From the NCBI GenBank assembly GCA_002457645.1, contig NTKH01000001.1:1-56643 (forward strand): DNA of 56,643 nucleotides, in the 5' to 3' direction. This stretch comes from Bacteroidetes bacterium MED-G20. Lineage in GTDB: Bacteria; Bacteroidota; Bacteroidia; Flavobacteriales_D; Parvicellaceae. The first letter of the stretch is position 1, and every line of letters starts with the position of its first letter. Under the pieces are notes generated by a model. The model saw only the letters and a list, made by a program, of their open reading frames with translations. It did no database searches and was not told the origin of the DNA. Positions 25,569-35,579 of this stretch are shown piece after piece. The position numbers and the translations under genes were made by a program.

Positions 25569-27269
25569 CTAATTATACCAAGATTGTACTTCTTCGAGTA
25601 GTATTGCGGGGATATCTAGCTTATTTTTTTTACGATATCCATTTAGTTTTTGGTGAACGGCAGTAGGTTTTGACTGTAAAAGGAGTGATTTCGACGTGTA
25701 ACCACTTTCATATAGTGGTTGGATCCAATTATCTGGGATATTTAGTGATAAATATTCCTCTTTATTTGGGCCAGTATCCCACTTTTCTGGTTTCATTTGT
25801 GGGAAAAATAAAACTTCTTGAATGGATGGTTGATTACATAAAAACATTACCAATCTATCTATCCCTATTCCCATCCCAGAAGTAGGAGGCATTCCATACT
25901 CTAAAGCCCTTATAAAATCAAGATCAATGAACATGGCCTCATCATCACCTTTCTCAGCTAATTTGACCTGTTCTTCAAATCTTTCTTTTTGATCGATAGG
26001 ATCATTTAATTCAGAATATGCATTGGCTAATTCTTTCCCATTTACCATTAACTCAAACCTTTCTGTAAGCTCTGAATTATCTCTGTGTTTTTTACATAAT
26101 GGAGACATTTCGACAGGATAATCTGTAATAAATGTTGGCTGAACATAGTTACTTTCACATTTTTCTCCAAAAATTTCATCAATTAACCTGCCTTTTCCCA
26201 TAGATTCATCTGTATCTATAGATAGTTTTTTACATGTTTGTCTAAGTTCATCCTCTGACATATTAGAAATATCTAATCCAGTATGTTCTTTAATAGAATC
26301 TAGCATAGATATTCTTTTAAAAGGCTTTTTAAAACTCACTTTATTGTCTCCAATTTGAACTTCTGTAGTACCAAGAACCTCTAAGCAAATGTATTCCAGC
26401 ATTTCTTCTGTAAAATTCATCATCCAATGATAATCTTTGTATGCAACATAAATTTCCATTTGAGTAAATTCAGGATTATGAGTTCTGTCCATTCCTTCAT
26501 TTCTAAAGTCTTTGGCAAATTCATAAACTCCTTCAAATCCTCCAACAATTAATCTTTTTAAATAAAGTTCATTAGCAATCCTTAAATATAAAGGCATATC
26601 TAAGGCATTGTGATGAGTTATAAATGGTCTAGCTGCAGCACCGCCTGGAATACTTTGTAAAATAGGTGTTTCCACCTCAATATATTCTCTGAGTGTTAAA
26701 AATTTTCTCATTGCACTTATGATACTAGACCTTTTTAGAAAAGTTTCTTTTACTCGCTCATTAACAACGAGATCTACATACCTCCTTCTAAATCTTAGTT
26801 CAGGGTCTTCAAAAGCATCATGAGTTACTCCCTCAGAATCTATTTTAGGTTGTGGTAATGGTTTAAGAGATTTACTTAAAAGGTGTAATTTTTCGACGTT
26901 AATAGAGATTTCTCCGACCATTGTTTTAAATACTTTGCCCTCAATTCCAAGAATATCTCCTAAGTCCAGCCACTTCTTGAAAAAGTCATTGTAAAGAGAT
27001 TTATCTTCATTTGGACAAATTATATCACGATTTAAATAAATTTGGATTTTACCCTTAGAATCTTGAAGGGTGCCAAAACTGGCTTTTCCTTGAACCTTTC
27101 TTCGCATCAACCTTCCAGCAATTATAACGCTTTCTCCCTCAGTATAATTTTCAAGTATATTTTTGGAATAATGTGAAAATTTAAACTCTTTTGCAGGGTA
27201 TGGATTAATTCCATAATTAATGATTTTTTTTAGACTCTCTCTTCGAATCTGCTCTTGTTCTGAAAGCAT
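25569..27269 (-). CDS. lysS: lysine--tRNA ligase (class II) with a C-terminal extension of about 70 aa
   Basis: 566 aa with an OB anticodon-binding domain and class II motifs (FRNEGMDRTHNPEFTQMEIY, GMGIGIDRLVMF). Confidence 0.95.
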   Translation of the reverse strand: MLSEQEQIRRESLKKIINYGINPYPAKEFKFSHYSKNILENYTEGESVIIAGRLMRRKVQGKASFGTLQDSKGKIQIYLNRDIICPNEDKSLYNDFFKKWLDLGDILGIEGKVFKTMVGEISINVEKLHLLSKSLKPLPQPKIDSEGVTHDAFEDPELRFRRRYVDLVVNERVKETFLKRSSIISAMRKFLTLREYIEVETPILQSIPGGAAARPFITHHNALDMPLYLRIANELYLKRLIVGGFEGVYEFAKDFRNEGMDRTHNPEFTQMEIYVAYKDYHWMMNFTEEMLEYICLEVLGTTEVQIGDNKVSFKKPFKRISMLDSIKEHTGLDISNMSEDELRQTCKKLSIDTDESMGKGRLIDEIFGEKCESNYVQPTFITDYPVEMSPLCKKHRDNSELTERFELMVNGKELANAYSELNDPIDQKERFEEQVKLAEKGDDEAMFIDLDFIRALEYGMPPTSGMGIGIDRLVMFLCNQPSIQEVLFFPQMKPEKWDTGPNKEEYLSLNIPDNWIQPLYESGYTSKSLLLQSKPTAVHQKLNGYRKKNKLDIPAILLEEVQSWYN

Positions 27270-27283
27270 ATATGATAGATGAT

Positions 27284-28105
27284 CTAACTAAAAAATAAAG
27301 ACTTTGATGTTTTGATTGGGTGAACACTCAAAACAGGAACTTTTAAATCATTAGCTACAATCTCTTCTTGAAAAGAATTCTCTAAAATTCCTAAAAGGGT
27401 ATCATCTTGCAGATTCATTATGGCAATTAAATCAGCATCTACTTCTTTTGAAAGTTTAAAAATTCCTTCTGTTAAGGTCGCTCCTTTTTCAACTAAGTGA
27501 GAAGAATGCTTTACATTTTTTTCTTTTAAATAGTTAACTGCCCAAAGCTGGTTGGCTTTCAACTTATTTTTAATAAACTCATCATCCTCGTCTTTTGTAA
27601 TTAGATGAACCTGAGAATCAAAATAATGAGAAATTTTAGCAACTAGTTCTAGTTTTTGTTTGGTCTCAAAATTTAAGTCCAAGGGAACAACGATATTGTC
27701 ATAACCATTATCGTTCATTAATTTTTCTTGTACTAAAATAAATGGAACTGGAGAACTGGTGATAACTTTTAATGCTCTACTTCCAATAATTTGTTGCCAT
27801 CTACTAGCTCCATGAGTGCCCATAAAAATTAATGATATTCCTAATTCTGCAGCAACATCGCCAATATCATCAAAAATATTACCAACTCTAACCGTGGTAC
27901 TTATATTACATGAAGGTGAAAATGCCTCTCCTAAGCCAACTTCCACTTCAAGTTTATCTTTAGCTGAATTTATATCATCTCTCGAACTTACAATATGTAG
28001 TAAAATCACTTCAGCATCAATAATAGAGGCAAATTTGACAGAATGCTGTATTGCTGAGTGAGCAACTTCTGAAAAGTCAGTTGGAACAAGTATTTTTGTT
28101 GTCAT
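27284..28105 (-). CDS. universal stress protein, tandem Usp domains
   Basis: 273 aa beginning KILVPTDFSE..., with LLHIV and GTHG motifs, then a second Usp-like half. Confidence 0.85.
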   Translation of the reverse strand: MTTKILVPTDFSEVAHSAIQHSVKFASIIDAEVILLHIVSSRDDINSAKDKLEVEVGLGEAFSPSCNISTTVRVGNIFDDIGDVAAELGISLIFMGTHGASRWQQIIGSRALKVITSSPVPFILVQEKLMNDNGYDNIVVPLDLNFETKQKLELVAKISHYFDSQVHLITKDEDDEFIKNKLKANQLWAVNYLKEKNVKHSSHLVEKGATLTEGIFKLSKEVDADLIAIMNLQDDTLLGILENSFQEEIVANDLKVPVLSVHPIKTSKSLFFS

Positions 28106-28114
28106 TTATTTAAT

Positions 28115-28528
28115 TTAAGCAGTTTTTTCCTTTATTATTTCATTACTATTGTTAATATTTTCTTCTGAAGAAGGGAGATCTTTAAGAACAGCGCCCATTT
28201 TACAATTTCCTGAAAATATAGCACCTGGTTCTATTGATAGTTTATTAGTAGATATTTCACCCTGTAATTTTGCAGTACTTTTTAGGGATAGGAGTTCATC
28301 TACTTCAATAGTTCCATTTAATTTACCTTCTAAATCAGCATTTTTACAACTGATATTTCCATCTATTTTTCCTGTTGGTCCTAAAACTAATCTTCCTTTA
28401 ACGGTAATAGTTCCTTTTAGGTAGCCATCAATTCTAATATTAGAATCAGATTTTATATCTCCCTCAATATGAGTTCCTTCAACTATTCTATTAAGTCTAT
28501 CAGGTGACTGGTTATTATAATTTGCCAT
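28115..28528 (-). CDS. bactofilin-family cytoskeletal protein
   Basis: Repetitive beta-helix pattern (IEGDIKSDSNIRIDGYLKGTITVKGRLVLGPTGKIDGNI...). The ATG at 28528 (MANYNNQ) is preferred over the upstream alternative start at 28567 in the track. Confidence 0.85.
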   Translation of the reverse strand: MANYNNQSPDRLNRIVEGTHIEGDIKSDSNIRIDGYLKGTITVKGRLVLGPTGKIDGNISCKNADLEGKLNGTIEVDELLSLKSTAKLQGEISTNKLSIEPGAIFSGNCKMGAVLKDLPSSEENINNSNEIIKEKTA

Positions 28529-28592
28529 GTTCTTTTCGGTTTTAAATACCATGAATTCTTTCTGCAAATATATAAAAAAGATGAAATTTTAA

Positions 28593-31253
28593 TTATTGAT
28601 AGAATTCTTCAAAAAACTTAACGTAGTTATCAGGGTTCTTTTCAAGGTACAATTCCCTTAAGTTATCAGGGGATATGACAAAGAAATTCTCTTCTTTATA
28701 ATTTTTAACAATCCCCTTATTAACTTTAAATGATAGATAATAGTCTAAAGCTTTTTTACTGTCATTAAAAAATTTTACCATTATCATTTGATCGGATGTG
28801 TTAAGAAAACTATTAGAAACTTTTAATCTTAAATCCGAGAAATTAGACATATTAAAATCAGCAATACTATTTTTAGCTTTATTAATTGAAAATTTTCCTT
28901 TTGGGGCAATCATTATAAAATAGTGAATCGTATCAGGGCTATATGAGAATTTCCAATTTTCCTTATTTATTAAATTATTTGCACTATTTATTTTAAGAGC
29001 ATTTAAAGCAGCAATTGCTTGGTCAGAATAGTTCGTGCCTAAACATCTCTTTACAACGATTTTCAAAGTATTTATAAGAACCTCATTATTTGATGAAGTA
29101 TCATTCATTTTTTTAAGTGAATACGCTTTCAATAAACCATATTGACAAATCAAAAGATTTGATGTATCTATAAGTTTTTCATTACAGGATTCTAAAACTT
29201 CTTCATATTTCCCAGATTTATACTTTAAATATAGATTTCTATAATTTTCTTCTTCTAAATTCATTTTTTCTTGCAAATCAGAAGTGTTTTTAACTCCGGA
29301 AATTAATTGAGCATACTTACTTTGAGGGTATTTATCTAGAAGAAGATTTTTCATTTTAGTACTTAAGCCGTACTCTTTTTGAAAGCTAAAAATATTATAA
29401 AGCTCATAAATTGAAGCAATGGCCTCTTTTTGTGGTTGGAAGTTTTCAATAATTCTTGTAAAATATTTGATTGATTGTGTTAAGTCTTCTGTTTCATAGT
29501 GGTGAATAAGACCTAGGTTAAAAAGTGATAATAGGATTGAATCATTCATAGATTCTAATAAATCTTTTTTGTCACAAGGCAAGTTTTTAACCAACTCATC
29601 AAATAAGTCGTTTTGAGATGTATTAATTAATGCTTCTTCATTATCTTCAATAAATAAAGAAGACTTTGAAGACCTTCTCCAATTATCTTCGAGCGGCATT
29701 TTCCCCCATTTTTTATCAAATTCTGATTTCCCTCTTTGCAACATAGACTGATCCCAAATAAAAAAAGACTGATTAATAACGCTATTACTGCTAGGGCCAG
29801 AAAGTCTATTTTGGGAGGATGCAGTAAGTGGAGATTTAGTTTGATTGTTTTTCTTAGCTTCTTGAAGGTCAACTACTTCGTAAATTTTTTCCATTCTTTC
29901 TTTTGGTGATAGTGAGCATACCATAAATAGACTGTCATTTCTAGTTACTGTTGAATTATTTAAAAAAATATTTTTGAGGATTTTATACTTTTTTTCAACT
30001 ATTTCTTTCTCTCTGTAATCCTTGAGGGGAATTTTTTTCACGGAATCGTAATAATAATAAGACTTGATATATTTTGATTTTTCAAAAAATAAATCTCCCA
30101 TTCTAACCATTGATTTTATTTTTTGTTGATTATCATTCAAACTAAGATTGATAGACTTTTGAAGCTGTTCAATTCCTAAAGGTTCATTTTGGTCGGTAAA
30201 TGAAATTTCTGCTAATGCATAATAAATTTGATCGAAATACTCTATATTTTTATCATCCTTAAGCATCTTTAAAAGTTGCGCTTTGATAGCTTTTGAATCT
30301 CCACCGCTGAACGATAAAGCTCTATTAATTTTAGCTTGAAATGCCATTTCATATTCTGGATTTCTTTCTACAACTTCTTGGTAGTATACTGAAGCTTTGT
30401 AATTTCCTTGGAGGTGGTGTAGCTGAGCCAAAATAAATATTAATCTTGTTTTAAAAGACTTCTTGTATTTATTTTCTGTAGCTAATTCCAAAAACTCAAT
30501 TGCCTTTTTATTGTTTTTACTTTTTATATATAAATCAGCTAATGTTGGATAAATGGAATTGATAATTTTGTCAGGTATTAAAGCGTCCCTCGACTCTAAA
30601 TAGTCTATTCTAGCATTGTAATCTACTGCAAGTTTTAATTTATCTTTTAAGGAAATTTTCTTAGTTGGCTGCTGTTTCTTGATCTGTTCTTCGAAGTCAA
30701 GAAGAATGGTTAATAATATTTCTTCCGCTTCATCAAACGCTCCCATTTCAATTAGGACTTTGGATTGCCAAAAAATACTTTGATAATAGTTATTTTCAAT
30801 AGGATATTTATTTTCAATGTGCTGAAAAATCTTAAGTGCATTTGGAAAATCTTTCTTGTAAAATTTTGTTTTGCCCATAGTCAGCCAATTGTCATCAATA
30901 TATTTGCCCCACTCTTTATTTCGGTATTTACCCTTCTTTTTGTGAGGCATTCTATGTCTAAATATGACTAATTCACACTTTCGATATGCAGTATCCATTG
31001 GGGCATACCAGCCTTTTGATTCTTCTTCATTAGGCAATGGGAAAACAGGTAAAATGGAATTATAATCTTCCTTTCTAGATTTTAAAAAGTCATTATAAGT
31101 CAGTTTGATAATTTCATTAGCATTAAAAAACCCATTATATTTTGCATGTAGGTTGTGAAAACCTCTATGAACTATAGAGTTTTTTTCTGTTGAACATTGT
31201 AATTGCCCTATTAAAATAAAAATTATAATAAATAATTTTATTGTTTTCATCAT
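28593..31253 (-). CDS. large TPR-repeat lipoprotein, PorW/SprE-like (T9SS/gliding-associated); family assignment tentative
   Basis: 886 aa with a signal peptide ending in Cys (GQLQC). The N-terminal pattern HRGFHNLHAKYNGFFNA...EDYNSILPV matches my recollection of SprE/PorW N-termini. It has multiple TPR-like helices. Confidence 0.55.
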   Translation of the reverse strand: MMKTIKLFIIIFILIGQLQCSTEKNSIVHRGFHNLHAKYNGFFNANEIIKLTYNDFLKSRKEDYNSILPVFPLPNEEESKGWYAPMDTAYRKCELVIFRHRMPHKKKGKYRNKEWGKYIDDNWLTMGKTKFYKKDFPNALKIFQHIENKYPIENNYYQSIFWQSKVLIEMGAFDEAEEILLTILLDFEEQIKKQQPTKKISLKDKLKLAVDYNARIDYLESRDALIPDKIINSIYPTLADLYIKSKNNKKAIEFLELATENKYKKSFKTRLIFILAQLHHLQGNYKASVYYQEVVERNPEYEMAFQAKINRALSFSGGDSKAIKAQLLKMLKDDKNIEYFDQIYYALAEISFTDQNEPLGIEQLQKSINLSLNDNQQKIKSMVRMGDLFFEKSKYIKSYYYYDSVKKIPLKDYREKEIVEKKYKILKNIFLNNSTVTRNDSLFMVCSLSPKERMEKIYEVVDLQEAKKNNQTKSPLTASSQNRLSGPSSNSVINQSFFIWDQSMLQRGKSEFDKKWGKMPLEDNWRRSSKSSLFIEDNEEALINTSQNDLFDELVKNLPCDKKDLLESMNDSILLSLFNLGLIHHYETEDLTQSIKYFTRIIENFQPQKEAIASIYELYNIFSFQKEYGLSTKMKNLLLDKYPQSKYAQLISGVKNTSDLQEKMNLEEENYRNLYLKYKSGKYEEVLESCNEKLIDTSNLLICQYGLLKAYSLKKMNDTSSNNEVLINTLKIVVKRCLGTNYSDQAIAALNALKINSANNLINKENWKFSYSPDTIHYFIMIAPKGKFSINKAKNSIADFNMSNFSDLRLKVSNSFLNTSDQMIMVKFFNDSKKALDYYLSFKVNKGIVKNYKEENFFVISPDNLRELYLEKNPDNYVKFFEEFYQ

Positions 31254-31375
31254 AAATTAAAGTATGCAATATTAACCACAATCGGAATAACTTATTGTAT
31301 GGTCGTTATTGATTATTAAAATTTTTAATTAATGAGTAAATATATTTTGAGATATTTGTGATAATAAGTTATTTA

Positions 31376-32275
31376 ATGGCAAATTCTAGTAAAGCAGAAT
31401 CTAAATTTAAAAATTGGATAAATAATCTTCAAGAAAGAAGAAGAGTTGTTGTATTAGATGAAGAAAGTTTTGAAGAAAAAAGAAATTTTACGACTTCTAA
31501 ATTCTCGATTTTTATTCTGTTCATATTTGGAATTATTGTTTTTTCAACAATAATTTTCTTACTTATTTCATATACATCATTAAAAACATTTATTTCTGGT
31601 TATCCAAATCCAACTACTCAAAAAGAACTTATTGATAAAAATATAAAACTAGACCAAAAGCTCAATGAATTAGTGATTAAAACTGCCAAAGAAGAGCAGT
31701 ACTTAAATAATATTCAAAAAATTCTCAATGGTGGAGTACCAAATAATAGAGACACACTCATAAAAGTTTTTAAGTCTCAAAATATAAATAATGACCAGGT
31801 AATTTCTAAATCTGAAAAAACAATAAGAGAAAAGGTTAATAATCGAGAGAAATATGATATTGATGTTATAAGTGGGGGTGCTTTGACAAAAGATGTTTTA
31901 CCTGAACTATTGTTATTCCCTCCAATTACTGGTGAAATAACCAATAAAATGAATATCTCTTCAGGTCATTTTGGGGTTGATGTGATTGCCCCAAAAAATG
32001 AAGCTGTTGTAGCAATACTAAGGGGAACCATAGTTTATCAAAACTGGTCTCCTAACGATGGGCATGTTGTACATATTCAACATAAAAACAATCTACTTTC
32101 TATCTATAAACACAATTCAGAAGTATTAAAAAAAATTGGTGATTATGTAGATGCTGGAGAACCTATCTCAATTGTTGGTAATAGTGGTGAGCACTCTACA
32201 GGGCCTCATTTACATTTTGAACTTTGGCACAATGGGTATCCGATTGATCCAGAAAAATTCATCAATTTCCAATAA
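31376..32275 (+). CDS. M23-family metallopeptidase (membrane-anchored)
   Basis: HFGVDV...D, HKNNLLSIYKHN and GNSGEHSTGPHLHFELW motifs, plus one TM helix. ATG at 31376 (the track ORF begins at GTG 31358). Confidence 0.85.
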   Translation: MANSSKAESKFKNWINNLQERRRVVVLDEESFEEKRNFTTSKFSIFILFIFGIIVFSTIIFLLISYTSLKTFISGYPNPTTQKELIDKNIKLDQKLNELVIKTAKEEQYLNNIQKILNGGVPNNRDTLIKVFKSQNINNDQVISKSEKTIREKVNNREKYDIDVISGGALTKDVLPELLLFPPITGEITNKMNISSGHFGVDVIAPKNEAVVAILRGTIVYQNWSPNDGHVVHIQHKNNLLSIYKHNSEVLKKIGDYVDAGEPISIVGNSGEHSTGPHLHFELWHNGYPIDPEKFINFQ

Positions 32276-32325
32276 AGTTTTTTTCTTAAGTCCATAATAC
32301 TTAAATTTGCGTGCTATTTCAAGGA

Positions 32326-32859
32326 ATGAAAAAATTAGATGAATTTTGTATTCCATTTTCGAATTTAAAATTTGGATCTAATTTATTTAACTTTGAAATA
32401 AATAACTCGTTCTTTGAAGCTTTTGATTATTCTATTTATGAAGGCTGTGAATTGATTTTACAGCTTGATTTTAGAAAAGAAAATAACTTAATGGATTTAC
32501 AGTTTCATTATCAAGGAATCACATTTACATCATGTGATAGATGTCTAGATACCGTTTCAGTTGATATAAAAAGCAACTTTAAAAGTATTTTGAAATTTGG
32601 CCATGATTTTGAACAGATTATAAATGATGATGTAGTTTATTTACCTTATGAGAGTTATGAATATAATATTGCTCAACAATTTTATGAGCACTTTTTATTA
32701 AACTTCCCTAAAAAAGTAATTCACGATAATGATCTATGTAATTCTAAGCAAATAGCTCTTATGAATAAGTATTCGAATAGACCTGAGAACGTTGAATTTG
32801 ATCATAGGTGGAGTAAATTAAAAGATTTTAAAACGAGAAATAAAAATATTAAAAAATAA
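32326..32859 (+). CDS. YceD/DUF177 family protein
   Basis: It sits directly upstream of rpmF-plsX as in many bacteria, and has a CDRCL Cys motif. ATG at 32326 (the track begins at GTG 32311). Confidence 0.75.
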   Translation: MKKLDEFCIPFSNLKFGSNLFNFEINNSFFEAFDYSIYEGCELILQLDFRKENNLMDLQFHYQGITFTSCDRCLDTVSVDIKSNFKSILKFGHDFEQIINDDVVYLPYESYEYNIAQQFYEHFLLNFPKKVIHDNDLCNSKQIALMNKYSNRPENVEFDHRWSKLKDFKTRNKNIKK

Positions 32860-32863
32860 AGTT

Positions 32864-33055
32864 ATGGCACATCCTAAACGAAAACAGTCCAAAACACGAA
32901 GAGATAAAAGGAGAACTCATTATAAGGCTTCTTCCCAACAACTAGCTACCTGCCCAACAACTGGAGAAACTCATTTATATCACAGAGCTCATTGGTCTGA
33001 AGGTAAACTATATTACAAAGGGAAAGTGGTTATGGAAAAAGAAGCTGTAGCTTAA
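32864..33055 (+). CDS. rpmF: 50S ribosomal protein L32
   Basis: 63 aa, [21 protein letters not shown]... Confidence 0.95.
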   Translation: MAHPKRKQSKTRRDKRRTHYKASSQQLATCPTTGETHLYHRAHWSEGKLYYKGKVVMEKEAVA

Positions 33056-33065
33056 ATCTCCTCTC

Positions 33066-34004
33066 TTGAGAATTGGTTTAGATATAATGGGTGGCGATAA
33101 TGCACCTGGAGCAAACTTATTGGGAGCTTATCTAGCCTCTAAAAAACTCGATAATAACGAAAAAGTAGTTTTAGTTGGAGACACTGAATTAGCCAATCAT
33201 TGGTTTTCATCCAACAATATTGATTCTTCTTTATTTGACTTCATTCACGCCAGTGAAGTTATCCATATGAATGAGCATGCAACTAAAGCTTTAAGAAAGA
33301 AACCCAATAATAGTATTTCAGTCGGCTTTAAAGCTTTAAAAAATAAGGAAATTGATGTCTTTTCAAGTTCTGGTAATTCAGGTGCAATGCTTGTGGGTAG
33401 TATGTTTTCAATTGGCCCTGTAAAAGGCGTTATAAGACCAGGAATTACTTCGGTATTACCTAAAGAAAATGGTGGTGTAGGTTTAATTTTAGATGTTGGG
33501 GTTAATGCAGACTGCAAGCCTGATGTACTATTCCAATTTGCTATTTTAGGAAGTTTATTTGCTGAAAATGTATACAATATTAAAACTCCAAAAGTGGGCC
33601 TTCTAAATATTGGTGAAGAAAAAGGAAAAGGAAATTTATTAACTCAAGCTACTTATCAGCTATTGGAAGATAATGATGATATTAATTTTATAGGAAATGT
33701 TGAGGGAAGAGATCTTTTTAACGATAAAGCAGATGTTGTTGTCTGTGATGGATTTACTGGAAATGTAGTTTTAAAATTAGCTGAATCCTTTTATTCCATT
33801 ATAAGTAAGAAAAATTTATCTGACTCTTACTTTAATCGATTTAATTATGAAATTTATGGTGGGACTCCTGTTCTTGGTGTAGATGGAAATGTTTTAATAG
33901 GTCATGGCATAAGTAACGAACATGCAATCAAAAATATGATCTTGCTTGGTAAAGATTTGATCAACTCAAAACTAAATTCAAAAATTAAAATTGCTTTTAA
34001 ATGA
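33066..34004 (+). CDS. plsX: phosphate acyltransferase PlsX
   Basis: 312 aa with IGLDIMGGDNAP, GNVEGRD and CDGFTGNVVLK. Apparent TTG start. Confidence 0.95.
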   Translation: MRIGLDIMGGDNAPGANLLGAYLASKKLDNNEKVVLVGDTELANHWFSSNNIDSSLFDFIHASEVIHMNEHATKALRKKPNNSISVGFKALKNKEIDVFSSSGNSGAMLVGSMFSIGPVKGVIRPGITSVLPKENGGVGLILDVGVNADCKPDVLFQFAILGSLFAENVYNIKTPKVGLLNIGEEKGKGNLLTQATYQLLEDNDDINFIGNVEGRDLFNDKADVVVCDGFTGNVVLKLAESFYSIISKKNLSDSYFNRFNYEIYGGTPVLGVDGNVLIGHGISNEHAIKNMILLGKDLINSKLNSKIKIAFK

Positions 34005-34987
34005 AAAAACTAAATGCTGCAATTACTGCTGTTCATGGTGTTGTCCCAGAAAAAGTATTATCAAATAAAGACTTGGAGCAAATGGTTGACACAAATGATG
34101 AGTGGATTGTTTCTAGAACTGGAATAAAAGAAAGAAGAATAGTTAATGGAGGAGAAACTCTTTCAGACATGGGAAGTGAAGTAGTTAAAGAAATATGTAA
34201 AAAAAGGGGAATATCTCCTTTAGAAATTGACATGATTATTGTTGGAACTGTTACAGGTGATCACCGTTTCCCAAGCACTTCCAATATAATTTGTGATAAA
34301 AGTGGCGCTACCAATGCTTGGGGGTTTGACCTCAGTGCTGCTTGTTCGGGTTTTATCTATACTCTTGTTACCGGACAACAATTTATTGAAGCTGGAAAAT
34401 ATAAAAAAGTTATTGTTATTGGTGGCGATATAATGTCTTCTATAGTAAGTTATAAAGATCGTAATACCTGTATTATTTTTGGAGATGGGTGTGCAGGTGT
34501 TTTATTAGAGCCTAATAATGAAGGTCTGGGAGTTATAGATTCTATTTTAAAAGCTGATGGATCAGGGAGAGACTTATTAATTCAAAAAAATGGAGGTTCT
34601 GCATTCCCCATTAACAAAAATAATGTAGAACATCCTGATACATTTGTATATCAAGAGGGAAGATCCGTTTTTAAATTTGCTGTAACAAATATGGCTGATG
34701 TATCAGCCGAAATCATGAAAAAAAATAGCCTGAGCGGTGATGATGTTGATTGGTTAGTTCCTCATCAAGCAAATTTAAGAATAATAGATGCTACAGCAAA
34801 TAGAATGAATCTTACCAGCGACAAAGTGATGATAAATATTGAAAAGTATGGCAATACAACATCTGGAACTATTCCCCTATGCCTATGGGAATGGGAAAGC
34901 AAGTTGAAAAAGGGTGATAATCTTATTTTAGCTGCTTTTGGAGGTGGATTTACATGGGGAAGTGTTTATTTAAAATGGGCATATTGA
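34001..34987 (+). CDS. fabH: 3-oxoacyl-ACP synthase III
   Basis: 328 aa with active-site AACSGF, HQAN and GNTTSGTIP. It overlaps plsX by 4 nt. Confidence 0.95.
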   Translation: MKKLNAAITAVHGVVPEKVLSNKDLEQMVDTNDEWIVSRTGIKERRIVNGGETLSDMGSEVVKEICKKRGISPLEIDMIIVGTVTGDHRFPSTSNIICDKSGATNAWGFDLSAACSGFIYTLVTGQQFIEAGKYKKVIVIGGDIMSSIVSYKDRNTCIIFGDGCAGVLLEPNNEGLGVIDSILKADGSGRDLLIQKNGGSAFPINKNNVEHPDTFVYQEGRSVFKFAVTNMADVSAEIMKKNSLSGDDVDWLVPHQANLRIIDATANRMNLTSDKVMINIEKYGNTTSGTIPLCLWEWESKLKKGDNLILAAFGGGFTWGSVYLKWAY

Positions 34988-35048
34988 AGTCTTTATAGTT
35001 AATTAAATCATTTTTATTTTAGATTTACATAATATTTAATTCCTATAT

Positions 35049-35561
35049 ATGAACGTTAATGAAATTCAAGATTTAATAAAATTCGTTGCAAAAGCTGGTG
35101 TAAACGAAGTAGAAATTGAAAAAAAAGATTTTAAAATTGTCATCAAGTCAGATTACATGGCTAAAAAGAAAACTAATTTTAAAGAGGAAACAAAAATTGT
35201 TCAGCAAATTAGTCCCGTAGGAGCAATACCTCCACCAATTGCACAGCCACAAATAATAGCAGAACCAACTGCTCCGATAGAGAAGAAAACTGAAGAAGTT
35301 GATAAAAAAGAAAACGATAACCTTGTTACGATAAAGGCACAAATGATAGGTACTTTTTACAGATCCCCATCTCCAGAAAAACCACCTTTTGTTGAAGTTG
35401 GATCGGTTATTAAGTCAGGTGATAAACTTTGTATTATTGAAGCTATGAAATTATTTAATGAAATAGAATCTGAAATTTCTGGGAAAATAATTAAGGTACT
35501 AGCGGATGACATCTCTCCCATTGAGTTTGATCAGCCTCTTTTTCTTGTAGACCCTTCATAA
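35049..35561 (+). CDS. accB: acetyl-CoA carboxylase biotin carboxyl carrier protein
   Basis: 170 aa with a Pro/Ala linker and the biotinylation motif IEAMKLFNEIES. Confidence 0.9.
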   Translation: MNVNEIQDLIKFVAKAGVNEVEIEKKDFKIVIKSDYMAKKKTNFKEETKIVQQISPVGAIPPPIAQPQIIAEPTAPIEKKTEEVDKKENDNLVTIKAQMIGTFYRSPSPEKPPFVEVGSVIKSGDKLCIIEAMKLFNEIESEISGKIIKVLADDISPIEFDQPLFLVDPS

Positions 35562-35579
35562 ACAAAGAAAATTCTAAGT

